Shown here in pieces: positions 13,201-25,884 of a DNA stretch of 64,000 nt. Under the pieces are notes generated by a model. That model was not told where the DNA came from. It did not search any database and saw nothing but the letters and a program-made list of their open reading frames with translations. This DNA comes from Bugula neritina (Eukaryota; Animalia; Bryozoa): assembly GCA_964035545.1 (NCBI GenBank), contig OZ037765.1, positions 7,512,698 through 7,576,697 on the forward strand, in the 5' to 3' direction. Both the position numbers and the translations under genes were made by a program. Each line of letters opens with the position of its first letter. Positions within the stretch are counted from its first letter, which is position 1.

Positions 13201-16200
13201 ATAGGTTAGATATATTGAATATTGGTGATTTGATACCTTTAGTCATTTTTCAGGTATAAAAAAAAACAGAATATGTCTTGAAGTAGATACGAATCACAAC
13301 TCATGTAACAGTAAGGTGAAGTTGAATAGAACAGTGTATTTTAATACAAATAGTATTTACAGAGAGCATTATCATTTAATATACAGTGATTCCTCTATTT
13401 CTCACGAAATTCTAGTGGTCAGGAGAAGGACATGGACCCCCATTCTGTGGCTTATGTTTGTGTGTATAAGGACAAAATGGCCAAATTTAACGGAGTTAAA
13501 TTTGGCCATTTTGTCGGAGTTAAATTTGGTATTCTACTAAGTCACAAACTGAAGTTGCGCTTAGTGAGATCCGGAGAGAGCACTGTACCATTTTAACCGC
13601 CCACACTGCGTTTGACACAAAAATATTACAAAACACGTTTACTCATGTTTGGTTGAACATGTCAGGTGTAGATTCCTGGACACAAGAAGGTGGAACTAAC
13701 CTTGAACTGGAGCCGTAGTGATCCCCATTGTTGGATAATCGAGAAAGAGAAGGAGAAGACAATTCAGGATAAAAACTCTTTTTTGTAGCTTCGCTGATGA
13801 GTTCGTGAGAAATGTTAGTAGAATTGTGAGCGGCAATTGACTTCACTGGCGGGTGTTTAGTTGCAGGCGTCTTAACTAAACATTAAACAATTCCTTTACA
13901 GCATAGAACTGGAGTACACCATGTTATGTAGTAGTATGTAAGTAAAATCAATGAAGGAATGTAGCATTACACTAAACTGTGAAGAACTCATTGCACACTG
14001 TGATGATGAGAATTGATAACGAACTGCACTACACACATAGTTCAGTCCGAAATTCCAAATCGTATAAATATTGATCAGTGCACAAGTTAATATGATGGAC
14101 TAGTTATATGTTACAGTGTGGAGATATTCTACCAGCCCTTATAAGGTTATCTACCCGAGTTTATATTAAGAGGAAACATAGTAACTATAGTAAACTTTCT
14201 ACTACATATACCTGTCTATTATTCCACAATACAATCAATTTTAGTGTAAAACAGCAGCCTGATTGCGTTAAAATAAAGCCCACACACTTTTTATACCAAC
14301 TACGACTATACACATATAAATCTACATGTACATAATATATACAGAGCACATACATATACAAATATACATGTAAGTACAACCACACACGCACATATATGCA
14401 TTTTTAGAACTCCTATGTTATGAATTGAATTATAACTGTATCACATCGGTTGTATATAATTCTAGTTACATTTACCTCATTTCATTAATCTAGATCATTT
14501 TATATAAATAACTACATGATCTCTATTACTCCAAATGATAAGCATGAATTCTATCTACTGATTAATATTGCAAGTATCCCAAACTGCCCCAGTATCAATC
14601 TCATTCACCAACAGCCAGCAGCTACAGCAATACAATATATAACGAATATTACAGGTACCTTGTGAGGAATGAATGTTGGTCTGAAGATCACACGGAGATA
14701 CAATGTCCAAGGGATGTACAACAAAGTAATAAAACAGTTGAGTTATGAAAGTCAAAAGACTTGGCTTGATGGTATCAGAACTGAAGAGAATATCTTCATA
14801 AGTAAAGTGAAAGATTCCCGTAGGCAGATAACCATCACAAAACTCCTTCACCAATGAAATGTTGTGCAGCGAATCGCCAATCCCAACAACCTCAGCTATG
14901 TGTATATCTATAGAACAACAATGTACGCTGTAAGAGTGTAACAATGCAGAGCACACTACTAGGTGGAAGTGTATGGCAATGTGAATCAGTGTGTATAGTA
15001 TTATACATTCACTCTCATCAATCAACAGGCAGTGTGTATTGCAGGGGATAGGCTAGGTACACTAATGACCTTTGTGTTTGAGTATATAGGCGTGCAGTGA
15101 TACATTGGCTGGGGTTGAATAGTGTGAACCTATAAAACTAACACAAAAACACACTGTTGCATAATTAAGCACTAACCTAATCTAAATTAGGCTTAATTAA
15201 TCGTGCCAATAAACTAAGGAATGCATTGAAAACAATCTGAGCTTTATAATAGCTTGCTCCATTCATGCAAATGAATAAATAAGAGAGGACAACTTTATAT
15301 AAACATGCCAATAATTAAGTCAACAGCAGCAGCTGCAGTTCAGTTGTATTTATATATGCTGCCTCAGACAGCGGTTTCATTCACGTGATGAACTTTTTAA
15401 AAACTGTCGGAGGTTATGGTTATACCGGCTATCCTAGTCGCCTCACCAGTTTCATTTGGAGTTGAGATAGCCAGCATTTAACACATGGTGATGAATTAAT
15501 TGATGAAGAGGGCGTTTAACAACTAAAATCAAGTTTGTTAAACTCACATACTACAAATGCCCAAGCAAGAGAGTAATATTATTACTGCTACTACTGCACT
15601 TAATGTCTAATTATGAGGAAAACATCAAAAATTACTTTCAGAACAAAACTTTCAGTGCCTATGATTTATAAAAAATAAGCAAGAATATCAACCAAACCAG
15701 CGCCTGTTATACTCATATTTCTTGAACTTGTTGAGTTGAAATAATATTAATATTGTTTTTATTATATTACAAGTTCAGAGAAAAGTCAGATCTTGTCAAT
15801 AGGCGATTCTCAGGCCAAAGTGCTTACTGTATTATGGCTACAGACCATGCACACTCAACACTACACTCGACACACACATAGCATGGACTCATAAATCCTG
15901 CTCAATTTAATAGCAAATAACAGCTGAACTATCCAAAACTTTAGCCTCTGTCAATTGAATACGAAAAGGTTAAATACCTACAAGAGCAGGTCAACATTAT
16001 TAAGTAAATCGAGAAGTCTTTGGCTCTAAGATTCGTATCCTTAAAAATGCATGACTCTAAGAGCACTACACAACATGAATCAAAACACTAGTCCAGGACA
16101 ATGTTGAAGAAGCAGTAGATTCAAAAACTAAATGAAAGTCAAATGAAATAAAATTCACAGAAATTTCAAGCTCTACATTAAGAACTACATAATTTTTAAA

Positions 16201-19198
16201 AGTAATGCATTGGATATTTACAACCAACAGCTGGTGAAATAAAGGTGAAACCCACTTGCAGGTTTATACAGAGTAATAGAGATTAGCATAAGTTTCAGTC
16301 AAATTTCAAAGTTACAAACCTGAATAGTTGAGTTGGTTGGGGCAGTAGAAGGAGATGAGAGAGCAGAGGCTACAGCCATCAGAGATGTCTTTCAGTATGT
16401 CCTCCATTAGCTGCACGGATGTGGAAGAATTGCCGACTTCTTTGACATGCCGCCTGTTCACTTTTACCTACACAAGTATTTTAGTGTGAGGTGTAAGGCA
16501 TGGTCGGGAGTTGTCTCGCCAAAACTGCTTTGATATAAATTCTAAGCTTTACTAACCTTTGCAGACAGATTGTTGTTATCCAACCGCTGCTTCAGAGAGA
16601 ACTGGTGCTGCCTCGCACAGGCAATGGATACCTTATTCATCCAAACCAGTAAGCCATCCTCTACATCTATGGGTAGGTCCTCAGACGCATTGAAAGGGCC
16701 TACAGCTCTACAGTAAGAATATGAAGCACATGACTAAAAATAATCAGCATAATTGTTGTACCAATATTTCAGTGTTGCTGTCAATGTGTCAAATTAAGAA
16801 ATAGTCACATGACCATATCTGAAATATTAACCCAGTAGCTTAGGATAGCAATACTCTGTTAACACAGAACAAGGTACACACAGTACATACAAAGTACACA
16901 CAGTACATACAAGGTACACACAGTACATACAAAGTACACACAGTACATACAAAGTACACACAGTACATACAAGGTACACACAGTACATACAAGGTACACA
17001 CAAGGTACATACAAGGTACATACAGTACATACAAGGTACACACAGTACATACAAGGTACACACAGTACATACAAGGTACACACAGTACATACAAGGTACA
17101 CACAGTACATACAAAGTATACTGACTGACTGATGAAGTATAAGTTCCTAACTTACTTGACTGCCTGAACTACTCTCTCAGTTGTAGCCACTGTGTTGATA
17201 TACGCAGCCATGATGGCCTCTATAAGTGACAAGTGAGCAGACAGATGAAATGGGTTCGTCTGCACCAACTCCCTTTCAGTAATTACCTGCCCATGATCAT
17301 CTTCAACATACACTCCTAGTCTAGATAATGATTGTATCACAGCCCAGTGGCCACCTGTAATAACACAGGGTGAACTTTATAGTTTGTAGGGTAATTTCGA
17401 CAAAATAATTGTTGTTTGTTGACATATGTGATAGCAGAAATAACATAATGCAACAATCAACAAACCTAGTTAGTATTAGTGCTGTACAGAAATGTCATAA
17501 CATTAGCTGAGGTTTATTTACGAACATCATGAATACGCACATTGCAATGGGAATAATTTGAATAAGTAAAAAATTCAAGTTGCGAAATGAGCCAGTATTA
17601 TGTTAAGACCAGTTCTAAACAACTACATTACTGCAACCCCACATTTCTACAGTATGTAAACCTAATATGCATGCAGGAATGTATAATCTATACAGTGAAG
17701 AAGACCAACCTGATTGTAAAGAGCTGGAAAGGTGAGGGAAGAGAGAATGGCAAGTAAGCATATAGAGTCTTGAGTTAACCAACAGACTCACCAGCCCAGT
17801 GTTGACATAGATGGCAGTAACTGTGTCCTTCTGTAACGAACAGTAATTCTAACCCTCATCCAGAAGAGTACATATGTCCGTTAGTGAGTTCATATTATAT
17901 AAAATTTAACTAGTATAATAATGAATTATTGTTCAAGGAAAAAAATTGAGCCGTATTTAAAAGACAAACTAAGGGTATCAACATTTTTAAAAATATTTCT
18001 CTAATTTTAAAACTGCGTGTAACTTGTGCACAAATTTTTATTGGTAATTTCATGTTTTGTGAGTGAAAGTTCAAAAAATCAAGACCCGAATACATTATGC
18101 CGAAGGAGAAACCAGGTAATCATATAGCTGTGGCAACACTCCCAGCATTAAAACTATTAGACTAAAACTTTCAAAACCCTGTAAATACTATTAGCAATAG
18201 CAGTACTACTAATTGTTCTGTAGTAGATAAGTAGTTTATACATGGTCTTGCAGCAGTATAGACCGGAAAGTACATTGAACTAGTAGTCTTACTATTACTA
18301 GTACTATAATCCTTAAAGAATATTGCTGATAGTAATTGATTAGAGAAGAAACTTGATAAGAGGATAGGCTTAAGAGTTGTAATAATACAAGGTGCATCTA
18401 ATATAAGGTGCGTTGGAATGTAATCAATGTGTTATCTGACAACCTCCCACATCTTATGCTATATTAATGACTCATTGATCAGTAGAGCACCCAACCCCTG
18501 GCCTATAATGACTAATAGTTCCTGGGCTATAATATAAACTATAAGGAGTGATAGTTGATTGTTCAACTAACATCTTTGAGTGGAAGAGGATCTCTTAGCT
18601 CTTCGGGAATATCCCTTCCAAAGGCTGCACTGAGAAGCCACTTAAGTGAAACTGAGAGCCGGGCCTGTAAGATTCAACAGAATAATAACCAAATGTTTCA
18701 ACAGTGTCAGATTTGCACCAACTATAGTCAAAATACAAATATAATATAAAAAACTGGGCCATTAAACTGCTAGGCTCACCTCAACAGTTGAAGCTAATAC
18801 ATAAAAAATAATGAAACTTTCAAGCTCAACAAAATAAAAATACACATTTAACGGGTTCTTCAATTTACTAAGTTTTTATATTAAAGGGCAAGAATTGAAG
18901 AGACGAATGAATTTACCCAATTAGACACCATGTTATACGAACAATAAAAACTATAGTTGAAAGTAGAATAATCTGATAAGATAACAGTTTTATTATGATA
19001 GTATTTGGAATTATACATTTACAATTACTGGCAGTACACACAAGGACCTATAGCAAGCTTTGATAACGAGACCTGTGTCCACTTGAAAGCTGCAAGAGGT
19101 GACCATACTCTGCACAATATTAACGTAGTCTATTAAATAAGCTAACTTACTCTTCTAAAGTCATACTCGTGAATAGAGTCAATCTCCACATCATCCAT
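1203..19198 (-). CDS. CAMSAP: Calmodulin-regulated spectrin-associated protein (CAMSAP/Patronin), microtubule minus-end binding; 25 coding exons, about 1,970 aa
   Basis: Phase-consistent exons: 19151-19198, 18572-18664, 17710-17830, 17156-17354, 16557-16707, 16320-16467, 14659-14907, 13701-13875, 12379-12446, 11971-12061, 10401-11245, 9870-10024, 9399-9523, 8797-8962, 8280-8451, 7405-7898, 7063-7287, 5198-6536, 4741-4874, 3781-3921, 3510-3675, 2568-2699, 2289-2476, 1741-1904, 1203-1335 (sum 5922 nt). Motifs: N-terminal SLKWLLSAAFGRDIPEELRDP; GHWAVIQSLSRLGVYV; CH domain EDILKDISDGCSLCSLISFYCP; coiled coils LEERRK..QQAFLQAV and EKLNASLSELKGEMKKLS; C-terminal CKK domain YTGPKLYVKPS..NAISHCCLAG..HFLILFRD..GQGPR..LSVSLDAVTIHNHLWQ. 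Small middle exons are the least certain. Confidence 0.95.
9285..9376. repeat. Minisatellite, about 28-bp unit, about 3 copies (intronic)
   Basis: Repeats of ataacctacacagaatatcctgcagata. Confidence 0.8.
12212..12338. repeat. Degenerate minisatellite, about 21-bp unit (intronic)
   Basis: Repeats of acactatacgaagcatacat-like units; these generate spurious ORFs 12183-12381. Confidence 0.8.
13471..13515. repeat. Perfect 21-bp inverted repeat with 3-nt loop
   Basis: gacaaaatggccaaatttaac-gga-gttaaatttggccattttgtc. Confidence 0.9.
16870..17116. repeat. 20-bp minisatellite, about 12 copies (CAMSAP intron)
   Basis: (aaggtacacacagtacatac)n with aaag variants; explains three spurious Cys/Val/Tyr ORFs. 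Confidence 0.95.
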
Positions 19199-20539
19199 AT
19201 TTACTAAACTAGGTCTATGGCACTTGTAATTCCCAAGAAAGATGCAAATAGGTCAACTTTCAGACAGTTTTGAACCACATTTCTTCCCACCTGCATTGCA
19301 AAGGGATACAATACTTGATGATATTCCTATAAACTACTAGTAAACTATGGGGCTGTGCTAGAAATGCAGAAGGAAAATATCTTTTTAAAACAGCGCACAG
19401 AATTTTTGATCATTCATTTCAGATATATTTTAGCCGAAATTCTCTGAAGTTCATTAAACAAGATAGAATTCGCATTGACCATTGAACATAACTGGTAATG
19501 AATACTAAGTATCACAAGAATTAACTATGTTGAAAAAATATCAATGATTTACCACAGATCCCATGTTATAATTTCATCAGGGGCTACTAAATTAGGCCTC
19601 AATTTTAACAACCAGACTTGGACAGTTGTAAAACTTCTTAAGCTTTCGGTTGAAATTTAGACAGCAAACACCATAGCTAAAACCATTATTTATTTTATGA
19701 ACATTTATCAATGAATCTATTTAGTAGAAAATCTTATTTGACCTCCATAGTTATCATCATCACTGGGTGTATAATTTTATTTGCAAACATTTACTGCCAA
19801 TATGACATAATAACAGGAAACAACCAGAGTCTTGAATGACGCACATTGCGCAAAGCTAATAGTTGGTCCACATCAAAGGTCACTAGTAACATTTGGAAAG
19901 CAATTTAATCAAAATTACTTGATAAATACTTTAAACCCTTGGACCATATTGCCAGGATGACTAAAGGTGAAGGCATTCCGTAGTAAATAAAAACCCTCAA
20001 TATAAAATTCTGTCAAAAATAGTGATATTATAAATAAGCATGAGTTGTAATAATGAGAAAATAACCATTACAAAAGGTTTTACCATATGATTATTTTTAT
20101 TTACATAGATAAGCCATTTTCATGGCTAAATTACAGCCATCATAACAATAAATTTTAATGGGGCAGTACACTGGTATTATGGTAGCTGTAGCTAACAGTT
20201 TTAAGTTTAAATATGCACTCAATACTGTACACCTAGAACAATATAGGAGAGTCGGTCTACCGAAAAGCAATACTTTCATAGGCCACAGTCACACTTGATT
20301 CTATATAATAAAACATATGATAGACATAAATGTTAAAGAGCATTTAGCTTTGCTAACACTACATTGAATTTCCAGGCTTATGCACAACTGGCTAAACTGA
20401 CTCTGTAGCTCCTCGACTTTCACAGTCTAATAATTTCACAAGTTACAAAATTTATTAAACATAAATTTTATTTCATTGACTAAAACCAAATATCAAAACT
20501 GTAAAAGTTTTTTTGAGTCAAAGAAAGTCAAATTAAAAG

Positions 20540-21400
20540 CCTAATAGTAACACTAATAGTAATAGCTAATACTAATAGAGTAAATATAATACGAATACTC
20601 TTACTGTAATAGTAATAGTAATGGCTAAATCACACAGACTGTATATACACTATACAGTATAGTTCTACTATTAAATTTAATAATAGGCGAAGTAATATTA
20701 ATATTTATTACTAGGCCTATTAGTATTAGCATTAGATTCCACTTTGTTAGAACTGCTATTAGTACTAGTACCACTACTAGTAGTAGAATTAAAAGGATAA
20801 TTAACACATGCATTTGCAATTAATCATTAATATTCATATTGTTAATGTTATAATATTTATTATTATATTTTTTCAAAGTTCACATACTTATAGTTATAAG
20901 TTATATTAATATTGATACACTTACATGCAACATAGTAATAGTCTAAGTCATATGAATACAATATGAATAATTTTAATATTGATAACGATATTCATATTGA
21001 TATTCGATATGGAATTCAAATTGAAATTGCTAATTAATAAATATCAAATCACAAATGGGATATACAATAATATATTCAATTCACTACTCATATACTTATA
21101 GTTTATTTATAGTGATGTTGATATTCATTATTTCATCATCACTGTAAATTCAACAGTTCAAGTTTAAATTTAAGTTTATGACATTGAAATTGAATTTTAT
21201 GACACTGGCAGTGACAGATTGAGATTGAAATTCAAATTGAAATTGAATTTGATGATTGAAAATGAACTTGATCATCATCATGTTTCAATTTGAATTCATA
21301 TTATTATAATAATTATTTAGTTCTGTCTCTAAGAGTCTGACTATGATTACGATTCATCTTGTAACACTACATCAGTTATTAGACTTAGAGTAAAGCCTGA
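20540..21400. repeat. Hexamer-periodic AT-rich low-complexity tract (inferred CAMSAP intron 1)
   Basis: Runs of taatag/taatac, ttatag, attgaa, atattc/atattg units. Confidence 0.7.
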
Positions 21401-21412
21401 AGCAATCATAAC

Positions 21413-21838
21413 CTCGATATTCTTAATCTGACAACACCAATATCAATATGAGTTTTGAAATTTTTGTACTCCTACATTCACCAAAATATGACATATATAG
21501 CATGGGTTCTAAATTATTCTCGTCTGTATTATGTGTGAATGAAAACTTCAGCTATGATAAGTTTCATTACAAACCCCGGCTTTCCGAATTTACTCTTCGC
21601 GTAAATTTGATTGGCTTTTATTATTTCTTTTGTGAGTAAGTACAAGTAGTAGTTCTCTCAGTATTTAGTATTTTGAAAAAGAAATTAAAGTCGACGTGTT
21701 ATTAGTCTGTAAAAAGATCATTAGATTTAATTGTTGCTATTACTAGTCATTTCAGTGTATCTTGGAAGCTTTTCAATAGCCAATGATTTGCACACTTATA
21801 AAAACACAAATCATCAAGTAAAAATCAATAAAAAAATA
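21413..21838. promoter_or_regulatory. Putative bidirectional promoter and 5' UTRs of CAMSAP and SDF2
   Basis: Divergent genes; locally CpG-containing core at 21520-21700 (ccccggctttccg, ttcgcg, gtcgacgtg) with a reverse CCAAT (attgg, about 21610). The CAMSAP ATG exon has an upstream acceptor at about 19291, so a non-coding first exon is needed; candidate minus-strand donor AG|GTTATG at about 21412. Confidence 0.55.
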
Positions 21839-24246
21839 ATGCTTGCATATTTTTGGGCTGGAGTTTGGCTTTTTTTGACGATCTCCACTTCTGTTTCTGG
21901 TAATAATATTAATAATATTATAATTATTATAACTATAATTATAAATATTACATTTCAGATTTCTTAATATTAAATTCATAAGTCATGCTTATAGTATCAA
22001 TGATAAGTATTAAATATAACTTGTATTAATATAGTGTAATAGTAAGACTATATAATTTATTATTATAATTATATTTAATTTTATAATTATGAACTTGTAA
22101 AGTTGTATTACTATTAGTATTATATTTATTTTTCTTAGGGTAAGTTAAAGTATAAGTATTATGTTTATGATGAATAATTATTTTAGGTCTGTCTTGTTGT
22201 CGCTTCTTACTTTAGCGTCAAGTTTAAATCATAGACTACTACTCAACAAGTTAAGTTGAACCTACATTATCATTATGATTATGATATTGATAATTATTTT
22301 AATTTATGTGTGTGCGCTCGTGTATGCAGTATATATGTATTCTAGCAGTAAAACTTAGTCTAAGTCTTACATTATTATATTTTAACTTGTTTACAATTTG
22401 CATTACATTTTATGATAATAAAATTATATGGTTATAAAAGTAGTTACTATTAGTATTACTATATATGTTATGATATTAATCTTGAAAAATACGAATTTGT
22501 AGAAGCTTCTGACTTGGACTACGTCACTTGTGGCACAGTATTAAAGTTAGTCAACACAAGAAGTGATGTTAGGTTACATTCTCATGATGTCAAATATGGT
22601 TCTGGTAGTGGACAGCAGGTTAGTGAGCTTAACTGCACTATTTTACTGCAATCTTACTGGTTAACTGCATTATCTTTCTGCATGTTATTGGGATTACTGT
22701 TTTGAGCTGCAATTGTTTATAAAATATTGATAACCTTCACTTATTTTTTTCAATTTTTATTTTAAATTTTTATATTTTAGTCAGTTACAGGAGTCCATTC
22801 AACAGACGACCACAACAGTTATTGGCAAGTAAATGCAAAGCAAGGAGTCCAGTGTCCAAGAGGGTAATTTATTTTTCTATATTCACCTCTTTAAGCAATT
22901 TTTACCATTTAATGTATTAACTATAAAATATTTACCATTTAGAGGTTTCATTTAAAAAGATAATTACTCTTTCAAGTCCTCAGACAATCATCGTCATTTG
23001 AAGTTTTAAAAAAATATGCCGTTTAATTGTAGTTGGGCAATTAATTGTGGTTTTGTGAAATGTTCATTTTGAAGGGATTGTTTTAAAATGCTCCTATCAC
23101 CCGAGACAATGTTGCAATGATGATGTATATTATCTATGTCATAAGTTACTCAACTCTAAAGACCTTTTATAGACAAACTAGACACTTGCGTTTTATTTGA
23201 GAGTTGCCTTCTCTTTGCCGATTATGTTTGATAGCTTGTAGATATTTATATATATTTGTATAGTTTACAGACCAGCTACTCAATACAAACTTTAGCTACT
23301 ATTATTCAGCTGCACATAGTTTCATATATTATTCCTAATCGAAATGATACATGGATAATTGCAATTAGTGATCCTTTGACTAAATTTTACTGTCTGTTGA
23401 TTCACATATTCGGTTTGTATCAGAAAATGAATTTAAAAATTAATTCATATAGTAGCTAATGTTTGTCTATTCAACGTCTTGTGTTTTTTGACTTGTAAAA
23501 CCTAGTCTATGTTTGTAGACGACCTGTCAAGTGTGGCCAGACAGTTAGATTTATGCATCTTCAAACAAGAAAAAATTTACACAGTCACCACTTCAACTCT
23601 CCTCTCTCTAACAATTATGAAGTCAGTGCATTCGGTGAAGATGGCGTAGGAGATGAAGGTAGCGATGCTACATTGGCACTTTCACCAAACATGACTTTTT
23701 TATATAATGCTTCATTTCCAGTTATTTGCAGTTATTTATGTAGCTGTTATATTTTATGTAGGAGATAATTGGGTGGTCACCTGTAATGATATGTACTGGG
23801 AAAGAGATGCAAAAGTGAGATTTAAGCATAGTTCAACTGGAGGGTAAATAATTTTCATTATATACAACTATATAATATACACATGGTATACACTCACAGT
23901 AATTTATAAATCACTTTCATCACTTTAATTATCTTTACAAATTTGGTTTGTTTTATGGATAACTAAAACAAATTGGTATTAAAAAGCATTGTGGAGTCTT
24001 ATTAATACTTGGCAAACTTGGTATACATTAAAGTTGCACTACTATTGTTATTGCAGATATTTACACGTAACGGGAGACACGTTTGGACGTCCAATTCACG
24101 GCCAAAGTGAGATCTGTGCATATCCTAATCCTAATGACTTTAATTATTGGACAACCGCCGAAGGTGTTTACATTAGACCTCAAGAAGATACGGATAAGCG
24201 CAATGAAGACAGTGATGATGATTATGATGGTCACGATGAACTCTGA
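21839..24246 (+). CDS. SDF2: Stromal cell-derived factor 2 / SDF2-like 1 (MIR-domain ER luminal protein), 6 exons
   Basis: Exons approx. 21839-21899 (signal peptide MLAYFWAGVWLFLTISTSVS), 22503-22618, 22781-22863, 23519-23658, 23762-23843, 24057-24246. Hallmarks VTCGTVLKL..RLHSHDVKYGSGSGQQSVTG, NLHSHHFNSPLSNNYEVSAFGEDGVGDEGDNW, FGRPIHGQSEI and C-terminal HDEL; AATAAA at about 24462. Confidence 0.96.
21900..22480. repeat. Hexamer-periodic AT-rich tract (SDF2 intron 1)
   Basis: e.g. tattactattagtatta, cattatcattatgattatgatattgataat. Confidence 0.6.
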
Positions 24247-25619
24247 TATATAGTGAACAACTTCCTAGGTAAAACGCAAATGCTGAGCAATTTTTTGCAG
24301 GCAATGTTTGGTTCTCACATACTGCACAATCTTTCGAACTCTTTGTTACAGTATCTGTATGTATTTATGCACTATGCTCACTCTACAACTGCCCATGTAG
24401 TAATCCAAGAATTATAATGTAGTGATATGAATATGATGTACATGTCTGTGATTGTCTATAGAATAAAGGCTTCATGTGGTTGTAATGTTACATTTTGTGC
24501 CTAAATCTCTCGATATTTAATTTGTAAGAAGTTCCTTGCTGAACCTGTGAAAGATTATGTTTCAAGTGATAAATTTTATGAACATTTCAACAAACGAAAT
24601 TGTATTTCCTGTTGTTGCTTGTTCTGTACCAGTCTGCAAACATTATGCTTTTATTGGTAATAATGTTGCCTGATAATACTTTTTTTTTAAATTCAAGAAT
24701 ATATTTCAGCCTAAATTTATGTTCAAAGATTTTCAATAATATTTTGCTACTTTTAGTTGGCACTAATTCAAATGTTGTGTTGAACATGTTGGACAAACAT
24801 TATTTTTCACAAAATATACTAAAAATAATAATTGCATAATATATATGAAATATCTTTGAAAGGGATGGTTTTAATAATCCAAAACTCACTGATGACGGTA
24901 AGCACGGACTACATTGTTTTAATTTTTCTTGCCTAATTTAATAACATGATTACTATAAGCTGTGTTGGGCTGGTGTCAAGCAATTGTTCTCTGTTGAATA
25001 ATAGCAAAATATCAGTTGACCTGCTGTTACACATTAGTTGAAAATACATTTAGCACCAAACTCACAAGTTAAAACTTTGGTTATCACTTTTGTCGTACTT
25101 ATTCATAAAAGTAAATCAGTGATGTATTGAGAATGATCTAAGAAGTGAGTGAGTAAATTGATGAACTTGGTTTGTATACAAATAAATTATTCTCTAAATT
25201 TGAGTTTTTCAAAACACGGTTATATAAACAAAATAGAAATGTATTAGTTAACAGCTTTCCAATAACATCTCAATAGTCCCAATATCCAATACATATAGGC
25301 GGGGACTAGGCCGGATTAGGAAGGCCAACTGTGAAATAAGAAATAAATGCTGATGTATCATGTTTGCACATTACATAACAATAGCCAGAAAATAAAAAAT
25401 CTAGAAAAGTTTCCACAGCATCAAACTTTTCATGCACTCATTTTTAGATAACCATGTGATTTGTTCCAAAGCTGCACTAATAATCAGCCATTCAGCTGCC
25501 TAATACATGCATGGATTATATTATTATTATAGTTTAGTTACTGTGTACAAGGTAGCTCAAATTAATTTTAAGGAAATACACCACTATGGTTTGCAATAAC
25601 TGACTACTGCAAATTAAGT

Positions 25620-25880
25620 GAGTAAAAGGGCGTTGACTTTCCAACTGCTAAAATTATCCAAGTCGGGTTGATGTGATTGACGTCATCTAATGACTCAGAT
25701 TTTTAATATTATAATAGTGCCCAACGGTGTCAATAATATCTCGATGAACTACAGGCATCCAATTATATCTGGGCACGCCTTTAACGAGGCTATCAAACTA
25801 CGGGGTTATCTCCTCTTTGTTACAAACTGCAATTGTGACCTACAACTTGAACTTTCTAATTTTCTGTAGACTCTGACTGT
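25620..25880 (+). promoter_or_regulatory. Putative TMC promoter / non-coding first exon with adjacent CRE and AP-1 sites
   Basis: TGACGTCA at 25678-25685 and TGACTCA at 25691-25697; locally raised CpG; the TMC ATG exon is preceded by an acceptor-like sequence at about 27980. Confidence 0.4.
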
Positions 25881-25884
25881 ACGG

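Noticed and set aside
12787-13610. Possible extra CAMSAP micro-exons (about 12819-12836, 13396-13434, 13553-13605)
   Set aside because: Not needed for frame (13701 splices in phase to 12446); some contain stops; no support without RNA data
13993-14085. C/D-box snoRNA-like segment (atgatga with a short terminal stem)
   Set aside because: Antisense to the host gene, lacks a canonical CTGA D box, and no recognisable rRNA guide
16827-17114. Cys-rich ORFs in three frames; regular repeat superficially like a CRISPR array
   Set aside because: Translation of a 20-bp tandem minisatellite with no unique spacers, in a eukaryotic intron with no cas genes
19830-19885. C/EBP-like attgcgcaa and nuclear-receptor-like caaaggtca motifs as an alternative CAMSAP promoter or enhancer
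   Set aside because: Short motifs expected by chance; no independent support
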